Part shown: positions 46,085 to 54,939 of the stretch, piece by piece | Position numbering within the stretch: position 1 is the first letter of the stretch | Layout of the letters: each line of letters starts with the position of its first letter | DNA from: an uncultured Bacilli bacterium | Lineage (GTDB): Bacteria; Bacillota_I; Bacilli_A; RF39; UBA660 | Direction of reading: 5' to 3' | NCBI GenBank assembly: GCA_934096015.1 | Contig: CAKOLD010000004.1 | Location: 1 to 59,047 of the forward strand | Length of the DNA: 59,047 nt | Notes under the pieces: model-generated | Databases searched by the model: none | What the model was told of the DNA's origin: nothing | The model's input: only the letters and a program-made list of their open reading frames with translations | Made by a program: the position numbers and the translations under genes

Positions 46085-46834
46085 ATGCCTAACATTCATA
46101 GTAGTATTTCTTTTGGACTAGTAAACATACCAATACAAATGAATAATATTATTACTAATAATGATATTGCATTTAATCAGTTACACAAAAAATGTTCTCA
46201 TCGTATTGAATATATAAAATACTGTCCAAAATGTAAAAAAGACTTAAAAGAAACAGATATAATGAAAGGATATCAATATGAAAAAAATAAGTATCTTACC
46301 TTTACAAAAGAAGAATTAAATAAACTTAAGCTTCCAAATGAAAAAGAAATAGAAGTAATAGGGTTTGTAGATATAAAAGAAATAGATCCCATTTACTATG
46401 AAAAAAGTTTCTTTTTAACAACCTTTAACAGTTCTAAATCTTATAAACTATTTTATGAAGCTTTAAAAGAAACTAAAAAAGTAGCTTTATGTAAAACCGT
46501 AATAGGTACAAAATTCTATTACTGTATATTAAGATTTAATGAAAATGGTATTATTTTAACAACACTATATTTTTTTGAAGAGATTCATCTTACAAATAAT
46601 GAAATTAACAAAACTATTAATAAATCAGAACTAGATTTAGCAATTAAACTTATTAATTCTCTAAAAACCAATTTTACACCTGAAAAATATCACGATGAAT
46701 ATCAAGACAATATAAGAAAAGCAATAAATGATAAATTAAATGGAAAAGCTATTAAATCTTCAAAAACAAAACCTAAAAAACAAATAAATGATTTAATGAA
46801 AGCATTAGAAAAGAGTTTAAAAAATGTGGAATAA
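46085..46834 (+). CDS. ku: Non-homologous end-joining protein Ku
   Basis: SISFGLVNIPIQM...FNQLHKKCSHRIEYIKYCPKCKK...IMKGYQYEKNKY, typical bacterial Ku. ATG 46085 follows GGTGAT. Confidence 0.9.
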   Translation: MPNIHSSISFGLVNIPIQMNNIITNNDIAFNQLHKKCSHRIEYIKYCPKCKKDLKETDIMKGYQYEKNKYLTFTKEELNKLKLPNEKEIEVIGFVDIKEIDPIYYEKSFFLTTFNSSKSYKLFYEALKETKKVALCKTVIGTKFYYCILRFNENGIILTTLYFFEEIHLTNNEINKTINKSELDLAIKLINSLKTNFTPEKYHDEYQDNIRKAINDKLNGKAIKSSKTKPKKQINDLMKALEKSLKNVE

Positions 46835-47696
46835 ATTATGCTCTCCAATGTTATTATTCGAAAAAAGCGATCCCTTTGATGATGAAAATTATTTATATGA
46901 ATTTAAATATGATGGCATTAGAGCTCTAATATATGTTAGCCCCCAATCTATAAAAATAGTTAGTAGAAATGGTATTGATTTAACAAATACTTATCCAGAA
47001 TTATCAGTAATTAAAAAAATGGTAACCAAAAAAACCATTTTAGATGGTGAAATAATAGCACTAGAAAATAATCTGCCTTCATTTTCTAAACTTCAACAAA
47101 GAAATAGATTAAAAAACAATTTAGAAATTAAAAAAGCATCAATAATAAATCCTGTAACGTATATATGTTTCGATATTTTATACGAAGAAAAATCTTTAAT
47201 AAATTTACCATTAATTGAAAGAAAAGGCTATTTATTGAAATATCATGAAAATGACTATTTTAAAATAAGCAAATATATTATTGGAAAAGGGAAAAAACTA
47301 TTTAAAGAGATAAAAAAATTAAATATAGAAGGAATAATAGCTAAGAAAAAAGATAGTAAATACTATCCAAATACAAGGACAAAAGAATGGATAAAAATAA
47401 AAAATTATCAAGTAGGATCATTTACAATAGGTGGATTTTCATATAACGATAACTCCAATGTTTTTTCGTGTTACCTAGGTGAATTAAAAAATAATAAATT
47501 GCTATTTGTAGGCAAAGTTACAATAGCTAAAAAAAATCAATTATTTAAAACATTAACCTATTTAAAAACTTCTAGAAATCCCTTTAACAATCTTAGTCAA
47601 GATTTCATTTATGTAAAACCCAAAATAAACATAAAAATTAAATATCTGGAAAAAACTAAAAATAATCACTTAAGACAGCCAATTTTTATTGAATAA
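46824..47696 (+). CDS. ligD: ATP-dependent DNA ligase, LigD ligase domain only
   Basis: SPML N-terminus, adenylation motif I EFKYDGIRAL, DGEI, EGIIAKK, and an OB-fold-like C-terminus (KIKN...). 290 aa with no polymerase or phosphoesterase domain. 11-nt overlap with ku. Confidence 0.85.
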   Translation: MWNKLCSPMLLFEKSDPFDDENYLYEFKYDGIRALIYVSPQSIKIVSRNGIDLTNTYPELSVIKKMVTKKTILDGEIIALENNLPSFSKLQQRNRLKNNLEIKKASIINPVTYICFDILYEEKSLINLPLIERKGYLLKYHENDYFKISKYIIGKGKKLFKEIKKLNIEGIIAKKKDSKYYPNTRTKEWIKIKNYQVGSFTIGGFSYNDNSNVFSCYLGELKNNKLLFVGKVTIAKKNQLFKTLTYLKTSRNPFNNLSQDFIYVKPKINIKIKYLEKTKNNHLRQPIFIE

Positions 47697-47720
47697 TAAT
47701 GCGTATTAACGCATTATTTT
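47695..47720 (+). terminator. Terminator of the ku-ligD operon
   Basis: AATAATGCGT atta ACGCATTATT (10-bp perfect stem) running into TTTT. Confidence 0.7.
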
Positions 47721-47789
47721 AAATTTTAAAACATTTACAAAAGCTCTAATTTATACTATAATTAAAGTATTGTGAAAGAAGTGACCATC

Positions 47790-49445
47790 ATGACGAATAA
47801 AGAATTAGCAGACATAATTTTTCCAAATATAACTAAAGATATAAATTATTATGAAAACCTTTACCCTAAGAGAAATTTGAAAGAAGGAGCAATAGTTACA
47901 AGATTTGCTCCAAGTCCAACTGGATTTGTTCATATGGGAAGTTTACTAACTGCGTTTATTGAACATTTTGTAGCAAAAACTACAGGTGGAGTGTTCTATT
48001 TGAGAATAGAAGATACTGATCAAAAAAGAAGTGTTGAAAATGGTATTCAAGGGATTATAAACGATTTACAAAATTTTAATATAACTATAGATGAAGGCGT
48101 AAAAAGTGAAACAGAACAAATAGGAGAATACGGTCCATACATTCAAACAGAAAGAAAAGAAATATATCAAACTTATGCCAAATATTTAATTGAACAAGGT
48201 TTAGCATATCCTTGTTTTTGTAAAGAACAAGAATTAGAAATCATGAGAAAAAATCAGGAAGCCAAAAAATCACGCATAGGTTATTATGGTGGTTGGGCAA
48301 AGTGCCGTGATTTAAAGAATGAAGAAAGAGCAGAACGAATAAAAAATGGTGAATCATTTGTAATTAGATTAAAATCTCCAGGAAATTATACTAGAAAAGT
48401 TGTGCTAAATGATTTAGTTCGTGGAAAAATAGAATTTCCTGAAAATGATTTAGATGTCGTTTTAATTAAAAGTGATGGAATACCAATATATCATTTTGCT
48501 CACGTAATTGATGATCATTTAATGCAAACAACGCATGTTCTAAGAGCAGAAGAATGGGTATCATCAACACCAATTCATTTACAACTTTTTGATATTTTTA
48601 AATTTCCAGTTCCAAAATATGGACATTTAGGTCTAGTAATGAAAATTGATGAAAATGGAACAAGAAGAAAATTAAGTAAAAGAAAAGATCCAGAAGCAGC
48701 GGTAAGTTTTTATCACGAACAAGGTTTGCCAATAGAAGCAGTTAAACTTTACCTATTGACACTTGCAAATTCAAATTTTGAATCTTGGCTAGAAAACAAT
48801 TTAGACAAAGACATTTATGAATTTAAATTTGACTTTAAAAAAATTAGTTTAAGTGGCTCACTATTTGATACTGAAAAATTATATAATATCTCAAAAAATT
48901 ATATAAGCAGATTAAAAGCTTCAGAAGTATACGATGCTTTAGTAGACTATACAAGTGAGTTTGATCGAGAATTTTATGAATTATTAACTAAATATAAAGA
49001 ATATTCCACTGCTATTTTAAATATCGAAAGAGAACAAAAGAAACCAAGAAAAGATTATTCATCATATAGTGAAATAAGAAACAGCGTATGGTATATGTAT
49101 GACGAATTATTTGATAAAGAAGAAAAAAATTATGAATATCAAAATATTTCGAATCAAGAAGAAATAGCCAACATTTTAAATAAATATTTAGAAATTTATG
49201 ATGAAAAGGATGACAAAGAAGAATGGTTTAATAAAATAAAACTTTTATGTGATAAATTAGGCTATGCAAGTAATATGAAAGAATATAAAGAAAATCCTGA
49301 AAAATTTAAAGGGAATGTTGCTGATATTTCCACAGTCTTAAGAGTTTCTTTAACAACTAAACATCAGACTCCTGATTTATATGAAATAATGAGACTTTTA
49401 GGTACATCAAAAATTGAAGAAAGATATAAAAAAGTGTGTGGATAA
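47790..49445 (+). CDS. gltX: Glutamate--tRNA ligase (long, about 550-aa form)
   Basis: Class I motifs RFAPSPTGFVHMGS (HIGH-type) and KLSKRK (KMSKS-type). Promoter-like TTTACA-17-TATAAT upstream. ATG 47790 is preferred over GTG 47772. Confidence 0.88.
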   Translation: MTNKELADIIFPNITKDINYYENLYPKRNLKEGAIVTRFAPSPTGFVHMGSLLTAFIEHFVAKTTGGVFYLRIEDTDQKRSVENGIQGIINDLQNFNITIDEGVKSETEQIGEYGPYIQTERKEIYQTYAKYLIEQGLAYPCFCKEQELEIMRKNQEAKKSRIGYYGGWAKCRDLKNEERAERIKNGESFVIRLKSPGNYTRKVVLNDLVRGKIEFPENDLDVVLIKSDGIPIYHFAHVIDDHLMQTTHVLRAEEWVSSTPIHLQLFDIFKFPVPKYGHLGLVMKIDENGTRRKLSKRKDPEAAVSFYHEQGLPIEAVKLYLLTLANSNFESWLENNLDKDIYEFKFDFKKISLSGSLFDTEKLYNISKNYISRLKASEVYDALVDYTSEFDREFYELLTKYKEYSTAILNIEREQKKPRKDYSSYSEIRNSVWYMYDELFDKEEKNYEYQNISNQEEIANILNKYLEIYDEKDDKEEWFNKIKLLCDKLGYASNMKEYKENPEKFKGNVADISTVLRVSLTTKHQTPDLYEIMRLLGTSKIEERYKKVCG

Positions 49446-49468
49446 AAATATATTTATCCACATTTTTT
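49438..49468 (+). terminator. Terminator overlapping the gltX stop
   Basis: GTGGATAAA aatata TTTATCCAC followed by ATTTTTT. Confidence 0.65.
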
Positions 49469-49479
49469 GTGGAGGTAAG

Positions 49480-51687
49480 ATGAAAAAAATTGAATTACTA
49501 GCTCCTGCGGGAAATAGAAAAATGCTTGAAGCAGCTATCCACAATGGAGCGGATGCCGTTTATTTATCTGGTAAATTATACGGTGCCAGAGCCTATGCCA
49601 ACAACTTTACTGAAGAAGAAATAATTGAAGCAATTAAATATGCTCATCTATATGGTGTAAAAATATTTGTAACTATAAATACAATAATTAAAGAACAAGA
49701 CGTTGATAATTTAATAGATTATGTCCGCATACTTCATGAAAATAATGTCGATGCCTTGATTATTCAAGATATTGGTATGATTGATTTATTACATAAAAAA
49801 TTTCCGAATTTAGTTTTACATGCTTCCACTCAGTGTCACAATCATAGCAATAAAAACATAAAACTTCTTAAATCTTTAGGAGTAAAGAGAATAATTTTAG
49901 CAAGAGAATTATCATTAAATGAAATTTCTAATTTAGATACTGATATAGAAAAAGAAATATTTGTTCATGGAGCTCTTTGTATATCTTATTCTGGTAACTG
50001 CTTAATGTCTAAAGAAATCTTAGATAGAAGTGGTAACGAAGGTAAATGTGCAGGATTATGCAGATTACCATACGATCTATATGAAAACAATAAAAAGATA
50101 GAAACTACCGGTAAATATCTTTTAAGCACCAAAGACTTATGCACCTTAAAAAATATAGATGATATTTTAAAATCAAATATAACGTCTTTAAAAATAGAAG
50201 GAAGAATGAAATCTCCAGAATACGTGGGATATACAACCAAAATATACAGAAAATATATTGATAACTACTACAAAGGTATTAAAAGCATCCCAACACCAGA
50301 GGAAATAGAAAAACTAAAATTACTATATAATAGAGAATTCACTAAAGGACATTTATTTAACGATAAAAATATTATAAATGATAAAACATCAAATCATATA
50401 GGAATACCTTTAGGAAAAATAATAGCATTAGGCAAAAAAATCAAAATAAAATTAGAATATGAATTAAATCAAGAAGATGCTATTAGATTTAATGAAAGTA
50501 ATAAAGGCATGTATATAAATTATTTGTACGATGAAAAAGATAATTTAATAAATCATGCTGAAAAAGGTGATATAGTATATGTTGATAATAAAGATAATAT
50601 TAGATCTTTAGATACGATTAATTTAACTATATCAAGCAAGTTACAAAAAGAAATTAATTTTTTTGATTATAAAAAAATACCAATAAAATTTATTGTTAAT
50701 GCTAAAGTTGGAAACCCCTTAGAAATATCTATAACAGACAATCATTACACATGCACTATAAAAGATGAAACAATTGAACTAGCTAATAATAATTGTACAG
50801 AAGCAAAAGAAATTATTCAAAAATTAAATAAATTAGGAACAACACCATTCTATTTAAAAGATTACGAAATAACGATAGATAATAACATCTTTATCCCATT
50901 ATCTAGAATCAATAATATTAGAAGAAATCTTGTAGAACAATTAATAGAATTAAGACAAGGACAAAAACAAAATATAGTTGAAAAGGAATATAATTGGATT
51001 CCAAGCAAAGAAAAATCAATAGACATTAACAATTCTTATTTAATAGAAAATATTGAACAATATAATTTAGTAAAAAATAAAGGGAACATTTATGTTGATA
51101 ACTTTGAACTTTTCAACAAACTTAAAAAAGAACCAAACGTCTATTTAAAATTAAATAGATTAAATACTAAAGAATATCAAAATACAAATTTGCTAGTTTC
51201 AGATACTAGTAACATTATTCAAGCAAAAAACAATAACGTTCATTCAGATACATACTTAAATATAACAAATTCATACGCAGTCAAACTACTAGAAGAACTT
51301 GGAGTAAAAAAAATAACATTATCTTCAGAATTAACTAAAAATGAAATAGAACTTATTGATAAAAATTTTCAAGAAAGATATAAACACAAACCAAATCTTC
51401 AAATATTCGCTTTTGGTAAATTAGAGTTAATGATTATGAAACACTGTATACCTGAAATGTATATTAGTAAAAATAATTGCACACTATGTAATTCTAATAA
51501 TAAATATGAATTAGTAGATAGAAATAATAAAAGATACACAATAAAAAAGAAATGTAAAATAAATAAAATATTAAGCTATAAAATAACAAATAGATTAGAA
51601 GAATTTAAAGATTATAAAATAAGTAAACTAATATCCCTAATAGATATAAGCGAATCTGAAAAAATTATTAAGGAAGTGATTAAATGA
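49480..51687 (+). CDS. Peptidase U32 family protein (long form with C-terminal extension)
   Basis: MKKIELLAPAGN..., AI.NGADAVY, U32 signature region E.FVHGALCISYSG.C. About 735 aa. ATG 49480 follows GGAGG. Confidence 0.85.
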   Translation: MKKIELLAPAGNRKMLEAAIHNGADAVYLSGKLYGARAYANNFTEEEIIEAIKYAHLYGVKIFVTINTIIKEQDVDNLIDYVRILHENNVDALIIQDIGMIDLLHKKFPNLVLHASTQCHNHSNKNIKLLKSLGVKRIILARELSLNEISNLDTDIEKEIFVHGALCISYSGNCLMSKEILDRSGNEGKCAGLCRLPYDLYENNKKIETTGKYLLSTKDLCTLKNIDDILKSNITSLKIEGRMKSPEYVGYTTKIYRKYIDNYYKGIKSIPTPEEIEKLKLLYNREFTKGHLFNDKNIINDKTSNHIGIPLGKIIALGKKIKIKLEYELNQEDAIRFNESNKGMYINYLYDEKDNLINHAEKGDIVYVDNKDNIRSLDTINLTISSKLQKEINFFDYKKIPIKFIVNAKVGNPLEISITDNHYTCTIKDETIELANNNCTEAKEIIQKLNKLGTTPFYLKDYEITIDNNIFIPLSRINNIRRNLVEQLIELRQGQKQNIVEKEYNWIPSKEKSIDINNSYLIENIEQYNLVKNKGNIYVDNFELFNKLKKEPNVYLKLNRLNTKEYQNTNLLVSDTSNIIQAKNNNVHSDTYLNITNSYAVKLLEELGVKKITLSSELTKNEIELIDKNFQERYKHKPNLQIFAFGKLELMIMKHCIPEMYISKNNCTLCNSNNKYELVDRNNKRYTIKKKCKINKILSYKITNRLEEFKDYKISKLISLIDISESEKIIKEVIK

Positions 51688-52379
51688 ATTTTATTATAGT
51701 CGAAGATGATCCAAAAACCGAAAAAGAAATAGAAAATATAATTACAAAAGAAATGTTTAAGAATAACAAAGAATATAAAATTAGCAAATTAACAAAATCT
51801 TGCAAGGGATTAAAAGAAATTATCAAAAATGATATTGAAAGTAAAATATTTATTTTAGATATTGCTTTAGAAGGTAAAATATCTGGAATTGATATAGCTA
51901 AAGAAATTAGAACAGAAGATTGGGATAGTGAAATAATATTCGTTACTAGTCATGATAGAATGTTTGAAACTGTTTATAAGACAATTTATAAAGTATTTGA
52001 TTTTATAGAAAAGTTTGATAATCTAGATAAAAGATTATCAAAAGATATAAGTGAAATAGTTAAAATGGAACATGATAACGGCAAATTTAAGTATTCTAAT
52101 AATAAAATAACTCTTCAAATATTTTATAAAGACATTCTTTATGTGTATAGAGATACACAAGAAAGAAAGCTTGTAATTGTTACTAATAACAATGAATTTA
52201 AAGTTAATATGACTTTAGAAGAAATAAAACAGAGTCTAGACTCAAGATTCTTTCAAACACATAGAGCATGTATTGTAAATAATGATAAAGTAAATTTATA
52301 TAATTGGAATGAATGTTTTTTTGAATTATGTAATGGAGTTAAAGTTCCATTACTTTCAAGAACATATAAAGAGGATTAA
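51684..52379 (+). CDS. LytTR-family response regulator (AgrA-like)
   Basis: Receiver IIVEDD...ILDIAL (phospho-acceptor Asp)...VTSH. The C-terminal LytTR domain is marked by the segment ILYVYRD...FFQTHRACIVN. ATGA overlap with the U32 gene. Confidence 0.85.
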   Translation: MNFIIVEDDPKTEKEIENIITKEMFKNNKEYKISKLTKSCKGLKEIIKNDIESKIFILDIALEGKISGIDIAKEIRTEDWDSEIIFVTSHDRMFETVYKTIYKVFDFIEKFDNLDKRLSKDISEIVKMEHDNGKFKYSNNKITLQIFYKDILYVYRDTQERKLVIVTNNNEFKVNMTLEEIKQSLDSRFFQTHRACIVNNDKVNLYNWNECFFELCNGVKVPLLSRTYKED

Positions 52380-52381
52380 TC

Positions 52382-53656
52382 ATGATACAAAAATTAGTAC
52401 CACTCATTTGTACAATCCTACAAGGATTTGTATATATTAAAGTTTATGAAAAAATAGCTTATAAAAAATTTAATAAAAATAGAATAATTTATCTATTTAT
52501 TATAAGTGTTATTATGGTAATAAATAATTTATATAGTGCTTTACCATATAAATTAATACTTTCTATTTTATTAACATTTGCTCTCTTAAAAGTTATATTT
52601 AAAGATTCTACTAAAACTACGATTTTTTATGTAGTAATAATTACAATTGTATCTATATTTTTAGAAATATTATTTTCAATCCTCTTTCCAGCAATCATAA
52701 AAAACTTAGACGATTTAAATAATAATCAATTTATAAAAATTATTTATAGTATAATAAATTGTTTAGCCATTTACCATGTATTATCGGTAAAACTTGTAAG
52801 GAAGGCCATCGATTACTTATATAAAACCTATGTTAATATATTAAATTTTTACACACTTACAGGATTTTGCATTTTAATATTATGCTTAGGTGTATATTTT
52901 TATGCATCTAACCTTCATAATGTATATATCTACTTTTTAGTAATTTCTTTATTTATCATGTTTGGAATTTTAATCTATAATACAGTTAAGAAAAGTTATT
53001 CCAATAAAATATTAACAATTAAAAATGAGCACTTAGAAGAATCAAATGTTATTTACAAACAGATATCAGAGGACTATAGTGAATTGAAACACAATTTAAC
53101 AAATGACTTAATTAGTGTTAAAAGTTTACTACCGAAAAAAGATCAAGCAATTATAAATACAATAATAAAAAAATATGAAAAGAATTTTCATTGGTTAACA
53201 AATATTAATGATGTTCCTTCAGGTATTCAAGGATTATTTTATATTAAGCTTACCAGTATAAAAAATGAAAATATAAAATTTAGAGTTAATTATAAATTGG
53301 ATTTTGATATTAAAGATGTAGTAAAACCAAAAGACTATCATCATATTTGTGAAATACTAGGAATTTGGATTGATAACGCAATTGAAGCTGTAGAAAATTG
53401 TAATGAAAAAATAATATTAGCAGAAATAGACGGCAACAAAGAAAACTTTATTATAAAAATAACTAATACTTTTAAAGGAAATATGGATTTAGATAAACTG
53501 GGAACTAAAAAGTACAGTACCAAAAATCGTAATTCTGGATACGGATTAAATTATGTTCAAAAGGTTTCAGGAAAAAGAATCAAAATAGACTATAATATTA
53601 TTAATAATTTATTTATAAGTAACTTAATATATTTAAATAAACAAAATAAAAAATAG
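52382..53656 (+). CDS. AgrC-like (HPK10-type) sensor histidine kinase
   Basis: 6-7 N-terminal TM segments, H-box SELKHNLTNDL, N-box WIDNAIEA, G-box NSGYGLNYV. Confidence 0.8.
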   Translation: MIQKLVPLICTILQGFVYIKVYEKIAYKKFNKNRIIYLFIISVIMVINNLYSALPYKLILSILLTFALLKVIFKDSTKTTIFYVVIITIVSIFLEILFSILFPAIIKNLDDLNNNQFIKIIYSIINCLAIYHVLSVKLVRKAIDYLYKTYVNILNFYTLTGFCILILCLGVYFYASNLHNVYIYFLVISLFIMFGILIYNTVKKSYSNKILTIKNEHLEESNVIYKQISEDYSELKHNLTNDLISVKSLLPKKDQAIINTIIKKYEKNFHWLTNINDVPSGIQGLFYIKLTSIKNENIKFRVNYKLDFDIKDVVKPKDYHHICEILGIWIDNAIEAVENCNEKIILAEIDGNKENFIIKITNTFKGNMDLDKLGTKKYSTKNRNSGYGLNYVQKVSGKRIKIDYNIINNLFISNLIYLNKQNKK

Positions 53657-53677
53657 AGAATCAAATCTCTATTTTTT
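53648..53677. terminator. Bidirectional terminator shared by the kinase gene (+) and the agrD-like gene (-)
   Basis: AAAAAATAGAGA atcaaa TCTCTATTTTTT. The stem overlaps the kinase stop codon. Confidence 0.75.
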
Positions 53678-53679
53678 AA

Positions 53680-53808
53680 TTAGTCTTGTAAACTTTCAGG
53701 CATTTCTGGTTCGTCAAACACCCACCAATAAGTAGCAGTAGTACTAGTACTTGCTACAGTTGAACCAATTGCAGATAAAATATTTGCTAAAGCTGATAAC
53801 ATATTCAT
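53680..53808 (-). CDS. agrD: AgrD-like autoinducing-peptide precursor (Cys-free)
   Basis: Not in the ORF track (42 codons). Hand translation: MNMLSALANILSAIGSTVASTSTTATYWWVFDEPEMPESLQD. AAAGGAG SD; the third codon ATG (53802) has the better spacing. Lies 30 nt downstream of agrB. The acidic tail DEPEMPESL matches the staphylococcal AgrD tail pattern DE(P/V)EVP(K/E)EL. Confidence 0.7.
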   Translation of the reverse strand: MNMLSALANILSAIGSTVASTSTTATYWWVFDEPEMPESLQD

Positions 53809-53838
53809 GCTCCTTTCATTGTTTAAATATATCTAATA

Positions 53839-54447
53839 TCATTTAAACCAATTGTAATAATATGGCTGTTTAAACAATTTATACATCACAGGGCTAATCA
53901 TAAATGCTTGACACACTATAACAGCTAATATCATCTTACTAATAGTAGTAGGAACAAAGAAGCTAATTATAAAATAAGTAACAAGTAAACTGGAGGATAC
54001 TATTTTACATTTTAGTCTTCTTTGCGGGTTTTTAATCGGTCTTTTTTTAGTGCCTGCAGGACTAAACAGTAAAAAGGATACAAAACTCATAATCATTAAA
54101 ACGATATGCCAAATTTTGTTTATCTTAATAGCACTAAATAACCAAGGCAGCAATATAAAAGTTATTATACTTAATATAAGGCATTCAGTACTATTATTTG
54201 CATGAAATCCGAAGCTAAAACTCCTTATAGGAATATAAAATAACATGAAGAACAGTGTATCTTTAAAATGACCTAAAAAATATGCAATAATTAATATTAT
54301 CAAAGTTTTAGATAAGGTTGAATACATGCCTTCTAAAGCATATCTAATTTCAGCCAATTTAACTTTATCAATACTTTGTTCACGTTCTATTAAATTCATG
54401 CAACCATTTACTACTTTGTTTTTAATCTTACATTCTCCTTTGACCAT
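53839..54447 (-). CDS. agrB: AgrB-like membrane cysteine endopeptidase (AIP maturation)
   Basis: Polytopic protein. Catalytic-type His and Cys have the AgrB spacing (FGFHANNSTEC: H-x6-C), followed by PAGTKKRPI, as in the staphylococcal AgrB segment APAATKKKPI. Start is uncertain (54447 gives about 202 aa; 54399 and 54516 are alternatives); no strong SD at any of them. Confidence 0.85.
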   Translation of the reverse strand: MVKGECKIKNKVVNGCMNLIEREQSIDKVKLAEIRYALEGMYSTLSKTLIILIIAYFLGHFKDTLFFMLFYIPIRSFSFGFHANNSTECLILSIITFILLPWLFSAIKINKIWHIVLMIMSFVSFLLFSPAGTKKRPIKNPQRRLKCKIVSSSLLVTYFIISFFVPTTISKMILAVIVCQAFMISPVMYKLFKQPYYYNWFK

Positions 54448-54680
54448 GTTCACTATAACACAAGATAGCTTTATAAAACGTGTCTTCTGTCTAAAGACAA
54501 GACTTTTATGTCTCAAATTTTAAAAATGCAATAAAAAGTACCAACTTTTAACAATTCGAACGCATTTTAAGCCATTTCAAACATAAAGTCGAATTTTGAC
54601 GACTTAATTTGATAGACTTGAATGGTCAGTTATGATATTTTTGTATTGTAGTATATGATTTAAGAAGGAAAGGTGAATTT

Positions 54681-54896
54681 ATGAGAGGTAAAGTTAAGTG
54701 GTTTAACAATGAGAAAGGTTATGGGTTTATAGAATATAGTGATTTAGAAGATATCTTCGTTCACTATTCAGCTATAATTAAAGATGGATATAAAACTTTA
54801 AAAGAAGGCTCTTTAGTAGATTTTAAATTATTAGAAACTACTAAAGGTCTTCAAGCAACTGACGTAACTGAAATAGAATTAACTACAGTCTTGTAG
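54681..54896 (+). CDS. Cold-shock protein (CspA family)
   Basis: [15 protein letters not shown] (RNP1) and DIFVHYSAI (RNP2). SD GAAAGGTG. Confidence 0.92.
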   Translation: MRGKVKWFNNEKGYGFIEYSDLEDIFVHYSAIIKDGYKTLKEGSLVDFKLLETTKGLQATDVTEIELTTVL

Positions 54897-54904
54897 TTTT
54901 TTTT
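54881..54904 (+). terminator. csp terminator
   Basis: AACTACA gtct TGTAGTT followed by TTTTTT. Overlaps the stop codon. Confidence 0.75.
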
Positions 54905-54939
54905 ATGAATTGATATAATTAATATAGGAAGGTGATATA

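Noticed and set aside
45777-47720. tRNA-Glu followed by ku-ligD as a tRNA-targeted genomic island
   Set aside because: No integrase or recombinase gene is present. No direct repeat of the tRNA 3' end is detectable downstream, and there is no compositional shift.
47697-47789. T-box leader upstream of gltX
   Set aside because: The gap is only 93 nt and is occupied by the ku-ligD terminator and a TTTACA-17-TATAAT promoter. That is far too short for a T-box, and no specifier or T-box sequence is seen.
19980-49479. Long N-terminal extensions suggested by the ORF track (19980 TetR, 25851 Wzy_C-like, 36421 DUF2304-like, 39863 acyltransferase, 42491 TagA, 46073 Ku, 47772 GltX, 49414 U32)
   Set aside because: In each case a downstream in-frame ATG or GTG has a properly spaced GGAGG/GGTGAT-type SD. 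The extension also runs through a terminator, hairpin, promoter or the preceding gene.
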